DNA of 36,062 nucleotides, taken from NCBI RefSeq assembly GCF_004010195.1, contig NW_025213809.1, forward strand, positions 1 to 36,062. Reading direction: 5' to 3'. The stretch's first letter is position 1. Each line of letters begins with the position of its first letter. The stretch comes from Chiloscyllium plagiosum (Eukaryota). Both the position numbers and the translations under genes were made by a program. The notes beneath the pieces are model-generated. The model was not told the origin of the DNA and ran no database searches. It saw nothing but the letters and a program-made list of their open reading frames with translations. Below are positions 34,511 through 36,062 of the stretch, piece by piece.

Positions 34511-35674
34511 GCAATGTTTCTTTGAAATGGATTAAAAATCATTGTGAACTTGCTTTTGGAAAAGATTTATGTGGGAGCCCACTGACCACAAACTCCCCAT
34601 CAGAGAAACACCCCTCAATCATCAACCTCTGCTCCTGCCACAAAGTCAATTGCAAATCCAATGTTTCACATTTCCTTGCATGCCAATGGGATCCATTCCA
34701 TCCTCCATAAACTTCGAGTTATCCCGAATCCGACTGCATTGCCTCACTGAATGAGATGAGGAAAGCAATCCAGTGAAACCTGGATGAGAGGATTACTGCC
34801 TGTGGATCGATGCTTGCCAAGAACACCAAAGACAGCAAGTACAGGATAATAAGTCTCTTCAAGTCTCACAAGGTCATGAAATATCTGGGATTCCTTTGGA
34901 AAACTCTTTTCTATTCCTTTCATCCTGATGGAGCTGTTGGTCGTGTTGATGTTAGTGCAGATGCCTGACCCAACGCAGCAGCATGTTAATTGAAAGGACT
35001 CCTCTATTAATAGAAGCAGGAAACTCCAGAAGAATCATCATGGCTGAACAGAATGAATCTGTCCTTAAAACACTCCTTAATGATCGTCTGTTTCCTACCC
35101 CGTGCCTTAAAAGTGATAAAGCAATGTTCTTCACAGAGACACTGTAAAACACGCTGTGACATTGAGCCACGTATGAGATAGTTGGTCAAGCCTGCAGGTT
35201 CGGAGGAGGGGGGGTTACTAAAGGGGAAATATGAGATGGAGAAGCAACGAGGTGGATTCAGAGACTCCAGACAAGGTAACTGAAGTCATGTCCATTAATG
35301 GTGCAATCTTTCACATTGGGCATGGCCAGAAATGATCAGTGTAACTATCAGAGAGGTTGGGGGAGCTGGGCGAGGGGTGGTGGTGGGGATTACAGAGACA
35401 AGCAGGAGCATGTAGAGATTTTGACAGAAGGAGGAGAATTTTAACATCAAACAGTGACTTGATCTGAATTGATCTGCACACCGGATACTCATAGAGGGTA
35501 GAATGGGAAGAAACGACCTAACTGACTCAAATCTTTCACACTATTTCTCCTTCCTCTGATGCTGAGTTCACCCAAAACTTTCTTGCTTTTTTCTTATTTC
35601 AGATGCTCATCATCCACTGGGTTTTGCATTTACTTATTTTTATTACACAATCTTTTAAACTCTTGTCGATTCAG

Positions 35675-36062
35675 ATTCATAAAACACAGTAAAAGCCCTT
35701 TAACCCATTGAGTCTGGAACAACATAACTCCCTGTAAACAGCCACTCATCCCAATTTCCTGCACTTGTCCCATACTCTTGAAGTTTATGATATTTGAAGG
35801 ATTCATCCAAATACTTTCGACTGATTGTAAGGTTTCCAGCCTCCACTACCATCCCAGGTAGTCTGTTCCAGATTCCCAACACCCAGCTCTTTCCTCGAAA
35901 ACAATTCCCCCTCATAATTAATCCCTCCACCAAGGAGAACAGGTGCTTTCAATTCACCCCATCCATGTAACTGATTACCTTAAACACCTTAATCATGTCC
36001 CCCTCAGCCTTCTTTGCTTTAAATAACACATTGCAAGCCTATCTAGTCTCAATTTCTCCATC
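35675..36062 (-). mobile_element. CR1 3' fragment
   Basis: VLGIWNRLPGMVVEAGNLTISRKYLDE in ORF 35700-35933. Confidence 0.8.

Larger units (their letters stand above)
32997..34923 (-). pseudogene. GPR139/GPR142-like class A GPCR pseudogene, two exons (34923-34818; 34076 to about 33017)
   Basis: Exon 1 MKGIEK...EETYYPVLAVFGVL splices in phase 1 to VNIIVMVILSMGKCGVSKCITR. After the gap: ALTVRYI..GQSNG, a frameshift, then ENQRKSIILLFVISGNFILL*..QEI*FIPQLLNCCTNTCIYSVTQTKFRQQLKNMLQYPF. The donor is GCAAGC. Confidence 0.88.

Overview
Repeat-rich vertebrate DNA from a draft assembly with five N gaps. It is almost certainly a cartilaginous fish, judging by HE1-type V-SINEs, a DeuSINE, abundant CR1 and Penelope-like elements (PLE), and a shark-type GPR139-like gene. 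No intact complete gene is visible. Most of the window is decayed retroelements: CR1, L2, Rex1, SINEs, a Gypsy remnant, two Gmr1-type LTR elements (integrase before RT; one full length with LTRs, tRNA-Pro PBS and PPT), an inverted PLE pair, and short PLE-type inserts carrying minimal hammerhead ribozymes. Minus-strand host-gene remnants largely missed by the ORF track lie between them: a two-exon GPR139-like GPCR pseudogene, a decayed V-set Ig exon, a Siglec/MAG-like multi-Ig receptor pseudogene split by a CR1, and an orphan signal-peptide exon. All family calls come from manual translation and recalled motifs, with no database search. I found no clearly new biological system; the best leads are the hammerhead-bearing mini-inserts and the decayed receptor cluster.
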